DNA of 64,000 bases, from contig CM114271.1 in NCBI GenBank assembly GCA_050084515.1, positions 17,360,001 to 17,424,000 on the forward strand, written 5' to 3'. The position numbers were made by a program, and so were the translations under genes. Numbering within the stretch: position 1 is the stretch's first letter; every line of letters starts with the position of its first letter. The notes beneath the pieces were generated by a model. The model saw only the letters and a list, made by a program, of their open reading frames with translations, made no database searches and was not told the DNA's origin. Positions 1 to 12,140 of the stretch are shown here, piece after piece. Source of the stretch: Blasia pusilla (Eukaryota).

Positions 1-115
1 GGGCATGAGACTCATGAACTCATTTTCCGCCCGAAGATCCATTCGATTTCCACGCAAGTGAAAACGGCGCTACCTCACGGTAAACGAGAGAGTCCACCGA
101 AAACTATCTAACATG

Positions 116-352
116 TGTGAAAATTGCGAAATGAATTAAAATTGCGTTTTTACTCTCTTAATCAAAAGATGTGACGGTAATTGTGTCACTTCAGAGATGT
201 CTCATATCATAGCTCATGTTTCGCAAGATGAAACGTTATTAGCAGTAATCAATGGTCATAAGTAGAACATTGATTCTAATCTAAATCGTCCGTATGACTC
301 GATCCATGTGATCAATTCTTGGATCAGTATTATAACTAATTGATTTCTTACA
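116..352 (-). repeat. 3' LTR of the copia element (237 bp, internally deleted)
   Basis: Plus strand starts TGTGAAAATTGCG and ends GATTTCTTACA; aligns to 4987-5312. Purine-rich AGTGGGAA (PPT-like) abuts it on the minus strand at 353-360. Confidence 0.9.
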
Positions 353-490
353 TTCCCACTAAGGGGAACAAATCAGTCATTTTTATTACTAGTTAACCCT
401 AGAGATTTAATATGTTTTTTATGAGGTCCTTTTTGTAACCTTAGAAAAAACTCAGGGGAACAAATCAGCCATTTTCATTACTAGTTAACC

Positions 491-3400
491 CTAGAGATTT
501 AGTATGTTTTTGATGAGGTCCTTTCTGTAACTCTTAGTAAAATTATATGTAGTCATCTCTGCAGTTGAAATATAGGTCAAAATAATTTCGCCACTTGATA
601 CTTGATCTTTGATATAGAGGTATTGAATGTCGATGTGTTTGGTGCGGTCATGATGTTTTGTAGAACTGACCAAAGCAATAGCACTCTGGTTGTCACAGAA
701 AATCTCAGTTATCTTATGAGCAAAACCACTTTCGTACAGTAATCTTCTGATCCAAATAGCTGTAGTGCTAGTTTTAGTCATTGCAATGTACTCAGACTTG
801 GTACTTGAAAGAGCAATTGACTTTTGTTTTCTACTTGCCCAACTTATTGCTCCTCCTGCAAGGAGAAAGCAAAATCTGCTAGTAGATTTTCGGGAGTCGA
901 TATTGTCTCCATAGGTAACATCAGAATATCCTTGAAGATGAAAAGGAGTAGATGAGCGCTCATATTGGAGAAAGTAATGTTTTGTCCCTTGGAGATACCT
1001 GAAAATACGTTTGACAGCAGTCCAATGTATTGGACCAGGATTGGTCATGAAGTGTGCAACAGTGCTAAGAGAATAGGCAATATCCGGGCGAGTGCACACC
1101 ATTGCCCACATTAAACTTCATGTAGCACTTTTATAAGGAATAGAAGGCATTGCTGCAATGTCAGCACGATCAACAGGAGATTGATCTTGACTAAGATGAA
1201 GGCCAAAAGCAAAGGGAGTGGAGATAGGTTTGCAGCCCAGCATGTTGAACTATTTGAGTTTGTTGGTGATGTAAGTTGTCTGGTTGAGCCGGATCCATCC
1301 TTGTTGTAAGTCTCGTTGGATATGAATTCCCAGAACATGATAAGCTTCACCAAGATCAGTCATTTCAAACTCTTGGCGGAGCTTCGTTTTGAAAAAAATG
1401 AAGCAGCACAGAACTGGAGCTGGCAATGACAGTGTCATCCACGTAGAGAGCAGGGATCAAAAAATTGGAATTCTTGTTCGGAATGTAAATATTAGAGTCA
1501 GCAGTGGTGATGACAAAACCAATGTCTAGTAAAACATAGTGACGGCGTTCATACCACATATGGGCTGATTGCTTCTAACCATAAATCGACCCTCCGAGAA
1601 GGCAGACCAAGTTATGATGGGGAATTGGCAAGCCTGGAGGAAGGGCCATGTAGATCTTGTGTTGCAGGAATCCATATAGAAAAGCAGCGATTACATCTAA
1701 TTGATGTAATTCCAGGTTGAAATAAGCAGCGATAGCAATAAGAATACAAAGAGATTGAAGTTTAACAGTGGGAGAAAAGGTCTCTTCGTAATCAAGATCA
1801 GGAACTTGAGTAAATCCTTTAGCAACCAGACGGGCTTTGAACTTGTGGATCGTGCCATCCACATGAGGTTTAATTTAAAAAACCCAACGGCAGCCAACTG
1901 TGCTTTGATGAGGAGGAAGGGAACCAAAGTACAAGCCTTCATTCGAGCTATATTCTGAAGTTCAGCAGAAATGGCATCCTTCCAATGTGAAGAGCCAGGT
2001 CCAGAGGTAGCCTCTTCATAAGATTGGGGTTCAAGAAAAGAACTAGTAGAAGAGAGCAAGGCCCAACGCTTCTCTGCAGCTTGCTTCTTGTTCTTTTCAG
2101 CTTCAATAAGTGCATCGTAACGCTCAACAGCCCAAGTAATGCGAGGACTTTTTCTTTGAGCAAGAGGAGGAGTAGGAGCTCGTTGTCTTCTTTCATAGTA
2201 AAGATGGGTACGCCCGTGATCAGGTACGGGGTGTGGAGTGGAAGAGACCGTTGGTGAAGGCATATCCTCTAGCTGTGCCGGACTTGAAAGAGGTTGAACT
2301 CCCACTGAAGAAGACATGGAAGGAGAGGGAGTTCCCATTGAGGGAATAATTGGGGAAGTAGCAGGAATAGGCAAGGAAGTTTGAGGATTAGGGGATGAGC
2401 GGAAAAATAGAGGATCAGATCTGATATCCAGATCTTTTGCATCAAAAGAAGTGAAAGATGGAGTGGTATGAGCAGTCTGATCTTCAAGAACTACAACATC
2501 ACGGGAGAGAATGATAGTTTTGTCTCTCAGCCTCTCGAGACACAAGGCTTTGCTTTGGTCACTATAACCAAGGAAAATGCATTCCTCAGTGCGAAAATCC
2601 AGCTTTGAATGAGGATCATTGATTTTAGCAAATGCAGGACTTCCAAAAATACGAAGATGAGATAACATAGGTTTACGATTAAAACATAACTCATATGGTG
2701 TTTTGGAAAGTGGCAATGCTTTTCTCGGAAGACGATTTTGCAAATAATTAGCAGTGACCAACGCTTCACCCCAATAAGTCTTGGGGAGAGCAGAATGGAA
2801 AAGCATAGAACGTACAGAATTAGCAAGAGTTCTGTTCTTACGTTCTGAAAGACCATTTTGTTGTGGTTTGTGGGGAATAGTGAACTGCCTGGAGATTCCT
2901 CGAGAACGGAAAAATTCTAAGAAAGCAGATGACTTATATTCCCCACCATTTTCAGATCGCAATGTCTGAATGCGTCGAGGTTGATGTTGTGTCTCTACAT
3001 TAGCCACAAATTCAGTGAAACGGGAAAAAGCTTCGGATTTGTAATGGAGGACGTAAACAGTAGTATAACGGGAGAAATCATCAATAAAGACCATGAAATA
3101 ACGAAAACCCAAATGAGTAGGGGAAGAAATAGGCCCGCAAATATCCGTATGAATTAATTCTAAAACATTGAGAGCTCTATAGACTAGAGTAGTGTTAGAG
3201 GTTTGCGAGTCTGCTTGCCATGTAGGCAGGCTCGACATGAAGAAATCTGAGAGGGATTATGCCGTGGAAGACTGCCAACCATTTTCTGATTTTGAAGTTG
3301 AGAAACACGAGTGGCGGTGATGTGACCCAAACGTTGATGCCACAGATCAGCGATCGTGGGAAGAATCGCAGTGGCAGCTGCAATGGGAGAAAATCGGGAG

Positions 3401-4779
3401 GGGGGAAGGACAGCTTCTCCGAGTTTGTACAAATCATTGATTAAATAACATATTTTGATGATCTGGTGTGTAGAATCGCGGAGTATGCACTTTCCGTTAT
3501 GAATCAAGGCAGATCCTCCTGAAGTGTCTAGTTGCTTGACTGAGAAAAGATTTTTCTTCAAGCTTAGTATAAATAGAACATTCCAAAGAATGTATTGAAT
3601 ACCGTAAGTCAGAAGGATCTAAACGTGTGCAGATCCTTTTATCTCCAGACTAGAATTATCACCTAGGAAAACATACGAGATTTTTCATACAGAGTATAAT
3701 TGGAAAAGTAATCACTGGAAAAAGCCATATGATGAGTAGCACCGGTATCAAGATACCATGTGTTATCTTGAATATCTGACGCCAAAGTTGAATAGGCAAC
3801 GGTAAAGAAGAGATGAGATGTAAAATTGGCTTTTGGAGCAGAAAATATGGACTGCCTTTTCTGATCTGCAAGACGTTTTCGGCAATCTTTAATATGATGC
3901 CCCTGCAAATTGCAGTAGAAACACTTCATTTTCTTATAAGTGTTCTACTGATTGGAGGATGAAGCGAGCCAATCAGCTTGATGATTGGACGATTCGCCAT
4001 GTGGAATTGCCATAGAAGCAGGAACAAATCCTGATTGAAAGGACCAAAGCCTTTCTGAGGAGCTTTGCCTCGACCGTAATCTCTGAACGAGCCGTCTTGC
4101 CTTGAATTGCCGAATTTGGACTTCGATTGAAAAGGGGCAGAACCTCGTCCAAAAAAAAGAGCTGAGGACGGTTCAACAATCTGCGTCTTCATCATTTTCT
4201 CCTCACTAAGAAGGAAAGTGATCACATATTACAAAGTAAGGTTACTCTGACCTCGCAATGAGGTCATAAATTGCGGTAACTGTTGGGCATTGATCGCATC
4301 AATGCAAGATACTTATTTTCATCAGTAGTCATCGATCTAGCAACGTGGAGTTGATCAATCAATGTCCTAAATTGATGGACATGTTTGGTAACACTATCGC
4401 CTTCTTTCATCTTAAGAGTTTGCAATTCATCTTGCAGATACATTTTTGTGACAGCGTCCTGGGCTTGGTATAAAGAATCTAATTTCGCCTAGGCTTCAAT
4501 TGCAGTCGTAGCGGAACTGATATGATGAACATGCGAATTGTCTAAACGATTCGCTATGAAAGATAAGGCAATTCGGTTGAAAATCTCCCATTCGTGGACA
4601 CTCCCAGCGCCGGTGGCAAGAGCGGTAGCCGCTGCTGGCTTTGGAGTTGTACCTTCTATGATGCCTACTAAATCTTCGGCATCAAGGTACAATCTCATGC
4701 GTAATCGCTCGATGTAGAAATAGGTCCCGTAAAATTTCGGGATGTCGTCAATCTTGAGGAACATGTTAGAATTCACCAT
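491..4779 (-). pseudogene. copia gag-pol polyprotein, broken by frameshifts and stops
   Basis: Gag N-terminus (4489-4779); zinc knuckle CFYCNLQGHHIKDC and protease WYLDTGATHH (3663-3929); LWHQRLGH (3184-3561); integrase LELIHTDICGP...PQQNGLSERKNR (1697-3238); RT KFKARLVAKGFTQ and LYVDD (1250-1862); RNase H YSD...RKSTS...CDNQSA (491-1111). Confidence 0.95.
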
Positions 4780-4986
4780 CGTGAACTGATGAAAATGATA
4801 GAAAACGGGTCAAGGACTTCGAATTCGTAAGAATCGGAAGTCTACAGCCACCAAGCAATCAGAAACGAGGAAGGCGTTTGGGCAGAAGGCGTCCCCTCTA
4901 CTCTAGGAATGTTGAAGCGTCCCTCAAATTCCAATCCTTTCTTGAAAATCATAAAAGTAGTGACTAGCGACCAGGCTCTCATACCA

Positions 4987-5312
4987 TGTGAGAATTGTGG
5001 AATGAATTGAAATTGCGTTTGTACACTCTATGTTCTCTATATTGATAGATTGAAAGCCGATACATAAGTAGTAAAGTATGCTCTAAACTAAGAGCCGTAA
5101 TCAAAAGACGTGATGGTAACCGTGTCACTCCGGAAATGTCTCATAGCTATGTATCGTTTCGCAAGATGAAACATTACTAGCAGTAATTAATGGTCATAAG
5201 CAGAACATTGATCCTAATCTAATCTAGATCGTCCGTATGGATCGATCCGTGTGATCAATTCTTGGAACAGTACTCTGATAATTTGTTTCGCTGGACTGAT
5301 TGATTTCCTACA
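4987..5312 (-). repeat. 5' LTR of the copia element (326 bp)
   Basis: TGTGAGAATTG...GATTTCCTACA, directly adjacent to the PBS and flanked by the TSD. Confidence 0.9.
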
Positions 5313-6843
5313 ACATGTACCCGTTGTGCCATGGTAGGAGTGCGTGGAGCAAAAAGTCACCGTGTTCAAGCCCACGATACACATCCTACTGCCACGACTG
5401 ACCACCGCCGGAGATGGACTTGAGAAACTACGTTCCTCTTGTGCGATGACCTGCCGTCAAATCGTTTCAGATTGCAAACCCAACATAACTGAAAATAGTA
5501 TCTCAGATGACAGTTGACACTCACGTTCATGGAGAGATAAAATTGCTAGTGATAAAAGTGCCCAATCCTTCTCTCGATTTAGCCTGGGGGACCTACTTTT
5601 AACCTTATGTTACACTCTTTTCAAAACTTATCAAAATTCCTTAAGCTACTCAAGATCCCATTGCAAATTTCGGATTTTTAGCTTAATGTTCCAATCCAGT
5701 TTTATCATCATCGTCATTATTTGGATGCAATGCAACTCAACAATGTCTCACATCTAAATCCTTTTTTCTTTTCTTTTTTCCCTTCCCTTTGGCATTAAAT
5801 TTAGATTGAAAGGAAATGTAGATTCGGAATCTTGCGGAACTGTATTCCCAAGGATGAGTGCAAGAACCAGTGTCCAATTGATGAGGAATATGTGTTGACT
5901 ATATCCACAGATGACTGGGTGACTGTTGGGAGATGTTGAACACAACCATTCCAGGAGGGATTTGTAGACAGCTCATCGACAAGAACAACACACCCCAACA
6001 ACAAAGCATCCCACGCAATATCGGGCGAGAAGAACCAATTTCTTTCTCCTCCTTTCAATATCCCACAGCTGCAGGCTTTGCGTCACTGTTCAGAACAGTA
6101 CTTGAGACAAGGCTGAATTCTTCAGTCTCTATGGTGGGGCATATAATAGATCCACAAGGTAATCTGAGCTCTAAGGAATTCACTCGTTTCAACCGAGATC
6201 ATTACTTGAACACCAGTTAGTACCTCACACAACAAATCCATGCAACAGCTGGAAGGTGTATGTGGAACCCTATGGCAACTCTTTAAAAGATGTTGGGGTG
6301 TGATATTGATAAATCATGAACATGAACTGGAACAGTGTTCCACAGCTGATACAACCACTATAGAGACAGCTGTGGAACAACCACCATAGAGACATACTCA
6401 GCCAAGTGGTCCAATGCTGTGACATCACCTGACTCGAGCCGTGAGATGCTACCAAATGTTTGCTTACGGCTCTCCCTGATGCAGCAAGTCTACTTGAATG
6501 GTTTTCGATGTGGATGGCATGACTGCCTGGCTCAAAAACTGATAGCTAACCATCCAGCTAAGTAGCTATGTTACACATGACCACCTCCATGTTGATGCTC
6601 TAAGTAAAGTTTGAAGTCCAATTCTCATCTATCCAAATTCACTACCATAACAATCGATAAGAATGATTCTTGCATCTAAACACCTAACGCTCAGTTGCAG
6701 ACCAGCCGTGGATTGTGATTTTGCCATAGCCACTCGTGTTGATCAGCAGTCCATTGAAGAGGCAACTTCTCTTGGAAAATAATGCTTCAAAATCCAGTGG
6801 AGTATCAGTCACATGTAAGGTTCTTGATGTCTTGGCACTATCC

Positions 6844-9220
6844 TCACACCTGTGCTGTTCCGGCAGTGAAACCTGGGTCCTCACACCTGTATCTTCCGTC
6901 GGGACCAATTCCAAATCCTTTGGGATCTACGAAGACATTCTCCAGGAGCTGGCTCCTTATTGGAAGCGGACTTTCGTCTGCAAACTCAACAGCATCCTCC
7001 ACCACATCATCAATTTTCTTCTCTATTGCCTTCAACTCGACTTCGGTGGCCAGGTCATTCTCTAGAATGTACCTCTTGAAGGCCACAATTGGATCTCGTT
7101 CAGCATAATGGGCCTTCTCAGCTGCATAAATAACAGACAAAAGTCAGTATGATCATTAATCCTTTCTAGCAGAAGAAACCACTTGGTCTGGTTGGTGGTA
7201 TACAGAGATAGCAAGGTCTTCCCCTCTCACTTCTCACTTTAGTCACTATCCTCACACAATACTTCCTTCACTTTCACAAAGTCCACTTCTCAATGCGTCC
7301 AATCGTTGGGCCAAGAGTGGGAAAGCCTATCCAATTAATTACCTTAGATGTGCTGTAAGCCAAGGCCTTTTCTTCTCTGCTGTTGAGTTGACTTGTCTCA
7401 TTGTGTGAGGGGGTGTGAGAGACTGTACTCATTAAGTAATGTCTGTTGTAGCATTGTGGCAATAGGCCCTGCACCCTGATTGGACGGTGGTTGAGACTGG
7501 GATGGATGTAGAGAGAGGAAGAAGAGGGAGTGTGAGCATGGGGGAGAGGAACCCTAATTGTTTCATGCATCTTCTCAAAGCTTCCGGGATGATCGACCCC
7601 GCCGTTTGATGGGTCTGATGGGATTGAGTTTCGTGATTACGGGTGTATCAAGTCATATAACATCATTTACACAGTCTCAAAAAAGGCGCCTGCTACAATT
7701 CCATGATCAAATATACTGGTACGTTGGAGAGTGGCAGCTTAAGTTGTTAACACGCGCCATAAGCGATCAACTTTCCAGACAAAAGTAACTCACCAGGATT
7801 GCGAAGTTCATCAGGGTCAGCAAGAGAGTGCCCTCTAAACCTGTAAGTTTCACACTCAATCAGAGTTGGCCCTTCTCCCCTTCTTGCTCTGTCAATGGCC
7901 TCCTTGGCGACTTCCCTCACCTTCAACACATCCATACCATCCACGTGTACACCGGGCATACCGAAAGCAGGCCCCTTCTTCCAGATCTCAGGTACAGAGG
8001 TGGCTCTGACGTGAGACATTCCAATAGCCCAGAGATTGTTCTCCACAACAAACACAATTGGCAATTTCCAGAGGGCGGCCATGTTTAAGCACTCGAAGAA
8101 TTGTCCATTGTTGCACGTGCCGTCACCGAAGAAGGCAACGGAAACTGCATCCGCTTTGTCGTCCTTCAGCACCTCCCGCTTGTACTTTGTTGTGAAAGCA
8201 GCACCTGTTGCAACAGGAATACCCTCACCGATGAAGGCGAAGCCTCCCAACAGACCATGCTCCTTGGAGAACATATGCATGGATCCTCCCTGACCCCTGC
8301 AGCAGCCAGTGGATTTACCAAACAGCTCAGCCATGACGAGTCGAGCAGGAACTCCTTTGCTCAGTGCGTGAACATGATCTCTGTACGTGCTAGTGACGAA
8401 GTCCTCGTTCTTGAGCAGCTTGATGACACCAGATGAGACAGCCTCCTGGCCATTGTAAAGATGGACAAACCCGAACATCTTTCCACGGTAATACATCTGT
8501 GCACACATATCCTCGAACGATCTTCCCAGAACCATATCCTCATAAACTACCAGAGCATCCTCCCGGCTAATCAGCTGCACGTACCGACGGGCGTAATCTC
8601 TACCGTTAGTGACAATGCGGCCCAGCCAAGAGCAGGTGAAAACACTTGCAGCAGCGACAATCCATCCCTCCAATCATTGTGAAGGACTGATGTATTCTCA
8701 CAAGCTAGAACGTTTCCTTCTACCAAACAGTTGAACTCTCAAATGCATGACCTCAGATCCAACGAGGGTGAGAAATGTACGTAGCTCCGGTGAGGAAGTA
8801 CATCAAAAATACTAAATGCGTGCAACTTCGCAAGATTACGAGAGAAAGCACTCACGAAATGCAAAAATACTGAACGCAAAGCTCGGGAGAGACGACATAA
8901 TGCAAACTATCCGCTCCGAAACCAGAATATCGAAACGAAGGAGAAGCTCTACTCACAAGGTTCTCGGCTTTGGGTTTAGGTTTCGCCTTCACAAGCTCCG
9001 AAGCCGACGCCACGACATTTCCGGCGTTCGCCGCTCGTCTTCTTTCCACTCGCGAGGTTCCTGCAGATGCCATGGACGGCGAACTCACTCTGCATCCCAG
9101 GAAAGCACTGACGAGCGGAAGCTTTGCTGCATTTCCCTCCGATGGCGCAGCGATGCTCTTCTTTGAAACGCCACAATTCGCAACAGGCACCACCGCGCGA
9201 GTCGCCATGGAGGTCGCCAT
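6844..9220 (-). CDS. PDH-E1a: Pyruvate dehydrogenase E1 alpha subunit, plastid type (3 exons, ~440 aa)
   Basis: Exons 9220-8957, 8574-7794 and 7121-6844 with GT-AG boundaries and consistent phases. Ser/Ala-rich transit peptide. Motifs [18 protein letters not shown]-binding [15 protein letters not shown]...NN, and [11 protein letters not shown]. Confidence 0.95.
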
Positions 9221-9450
9221 AACCGGGCAGAGGCCTTCGGTCGACTGCACCACAGCACGGCGGATTTCCTAGTGCGCAGCAATTTCAAGATCCACCGATT
9301 TGCTCGCGCCACCAGAGGAGCTCTGTATCTCTCTCTCTCTCTCTTCTTCTTCTTCTGTGCGGAGCTTGGGCTGGAGAGCTGCATGTCCAGTGCAGCATCT
9401 GCACAAACAGGCTAAGGAATCGCTCACCATGCCCAGGGCCTAGCCAGAGG

Positions 9451-10158
9451 GGATCGATGCAGCACATCTCGACCGTCCATTGGCCGTATGTCCTGCTACA
9501 ATTCTCGATTCGCCATCGTGGCTACCGCCGACCGGCGGATTCTCGCGCGCGGATCTTCCGAGGTCTCCGGACCGCTTTTCGTTAGCCGCACTGCCACGTG
9601 GACTAGAGCCTACCGTCGCGCACGAATGCGGTAGCACATCTGGACGGTCCGTTTAGAGGAGGCTCTACAACAGTTCTCCATTGGCGACCATGGTTCTCTC
9701 GGGCCTGTCTCCCCCGCCTTCCCACACGGATCGATGCCACACATCCTGACCGTTAGTTCACCCTATCGCCTGCTACGATCCTCGATGCGCCCTCGTGGTC
9801 ACCGCCGACCGGCGGACTCTCGCTCGCGGACCGCTCGAGGCCTCCAGAGCCCTTTTCGCTGCCTTCATCTGCCACGTGGATTCTATCAAGTGACCGGTGT
9901 AAGTGGTTCCCAATCCAATCACAAGAGCGTACCGTCGCGCACGGATGCAGTTAGTTAGTACATCTCGGCGGTCCGTTCAAGGGAACTATCGTACCACAGT
10001 CGTCTGTAGCCCGGGGCTATGGTCCATGAGATCTGTCCGTCTGTCACCAGCCTACTCGTCTAAGATCGACGTACCACATCTCGACCGTCCATTGAACCTA
10101 CGGCTTGTTCGATTCTTGATTCACCACCGTCGTGGTTATCGCCCTCCTATGGCGGAAA
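9451..10158. repeat. Degenerate GC-rich tandem triplication upstream of PDH, containing G-boxes
   Basis: Units start near 9451, 9728 and 10063 (GATCGA..CACATC..GACCGT). Units 1 and 2 share ACCGCCGACCGGCGGA, GCCACGTGG and TACCGTCGCGCACG. Confidence 0.75.
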
Positions 10159-10289
10159 ATATTACTAGACGCCAAAATCAGGTGACCACTATTGACAAAA
10201 TTGAAATTTTTGGTAATAAAGTATTTCTCCACTTACCATTCAAATCATTTTCAATTATAAATTTGAATTATGAGATACAAAATTCAGGG

Positions 10290-11500
10290 TGGAGTTCTTC
10301 TTAACAAGAAGACCACTCAGTCTGATCATCAAAACTCAAGACCCAAGGTTTTAGAACCCAATTGTCAAACCCATACGACAGTCTACAAGCTTCAAAGATT
10401 CCTTGCTTTCTCTCTTCATCTTCTCCGTTCCCGCCCGCGAGGGGGGGACGAGGTCCCGCGGGGACGGGCGGGCGCGATGGCGCCGCTCGGCCGCCGGGAC
10501 GAGAGGATAGCAGGGGGAATGCCCCCTTCTTCCTTTTCTGGTCCTATTGTGGCCTTCAGGTTTTGACTCTTTGAGTCCCCCTCTTTTGTACTTCCGATGG
10601 GTTTTCCATCACTCGTTTTTATCGAAGTGCATCTTTGTTTATCCCAACAACAATTATTGTGAAAACTGAATGAGGCACTCATCTTATCTCCTCAAGTCTC
10701 CAGATTCTCCAAGATGTCAGCAATTTCTCTCTTCAATCTCCTCCTTGACCTCTCTTGATTGCACACAACTTCAATCAGCAATCAATTGTTCTGCACCACC
10801 CCCGTGCACCTAATCTCCCTTTCTGAGAGCTGTAGAAACGATCTTGAGGTGATTCAAATTCTGCCAAAACTCTCGCCTTCCCAACTTTCTAATGGCGTCT
10901 CATTATCCTTGCGTTCCCAAATATAACTCTCAAAAAGCTTTAAAACGTCATCTCCAACTTTCTGCAGCAGATTTCTGACCCCCCTTCACTTGACAGCTTC
11001 TCTCGTGCTCTCTGTTTCTGATCGCGCTCTCAAAACTTGTTTCGTAAAAATCCCTTCTTCGTAGCTTTCCAACTCGTCCTTGATATCCCCATATGACTTC
11101 CATTTGCTCCTCCAAAACACGTTTTAGTATTCTCTAACTTATCCTTCCAATTCACCTCCAAGGAGCTTTTGCCATTTGGCTCTCTTTGAATGGTAGAGAC
11201 TTTTTCCCTCTTCCTTGGTCACTCTCACTACTTGGTCTTTTTCTCCTCTTTCCTTTAGATTTTCTCTTGACCAAATATTTACCAAGATTCTTTGGCCGTC
11301 CACAAGATTCCAACGGCACCGTTACTTTTTGGACGGCAACTCCCCGTAATTGACTTCCTCCTTCTATCTTCTTTCCTTTTTAACCTTAGAAGTCTTATTC
11401 TTACTTTACGGGATTGTAGCCTTCATATTTCTTCTTGGCTAACACTTATAATTTCCCCGTAAGTATTACATGAAGTGCCCGTCGGGCTTTACTACGACTT
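10290..11500 (-). mobile_element. Possible degenerate LINE (L1-like) ORF1 remnant
   Basis: Minus strand is A/G-rich, giving charged Glu/Lys fragments. Fragment WVLKPWVLSFD near 10330-10365 resembles plant LINE ORF1. No intact ORF. Confidence 0.3.
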
Positions 11501-11960
11501 TCCTTGACCGGATCTTTTCGCTTAGACTTCTAAAGCTCCAAATCTCGACTTAGATGATCAGAATTACTTGTGGTATGAATCTTCATGGCCCAGTCAAGTT
11601 TAGAATATACTTGCGCACTTGAAGTGCGATGACTATTCGGTCGCGTGCATTTTATTTACTTCACGCGTCGCATCGACTATTTCATATATATAAACACTGC
11701 GACACCTCCACGCCGCTTTTCGTAATCTCCACTGATACGTGGATTTATCGCGGATCTGGTTTAATTTATCAATTAAACCAGATCCGCGAGATCTCTTTTT
11801 ATTTCGTTCGTATTTGTAATTACGAAAAATAAGGGGATTATTTTAGGGAACGTATGTACATAAATATGGAGATAGAAAGGGGGTAATGAGGAATTCGTTC
11901 TTGCATAGTACTAAACCCCTAGGGACTCGTAGAATTATGTATGTAAGGTCAAAAAATTTC

Positions 11961-12140
11961 ATCTATATTTATATTATTATTGGAGAGTGTTTTTTTTATT
12001 CGTAAACACTTTTTGTTTGACATGTGGTAACCGGGAACCAAAAAATATTTCCCTTTTAAGGGCTATAAGAAAAATATTTTTTGTGCAACACGATTGGACC
12101 CTTCATTCCCGTGCATGGCATGGGATGCTCATTTGTACCA
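11961..12140 (+). mobile_element. Short non-autonomous Helitron-like repeat copy
   Basis: Starts A|TCTATATT..TTATTGGAGAGTG and ends with GTGCATGGCA hairpin-like sequence; same family as copies at 15.1, 21.5, 30.3-31.8 and 54.4 kb. Confidence 0.6.

Larger units (their letters stand above)
116..5312 (-). mobile_element. Full-length, decayed Ty1/copia LTR retrotransposon
   Basis: Related TG...CA LTRs at 116-352 and 4987-5312. Identical 5-bp TSD ACATG at 111-115 and 5313-5317. PBS TGGTATGAGAGCC (iMet-tRNA type) at 4974-4986. Copia domain order gag-PR-INT-RT-RH. Confidence 0.95.
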
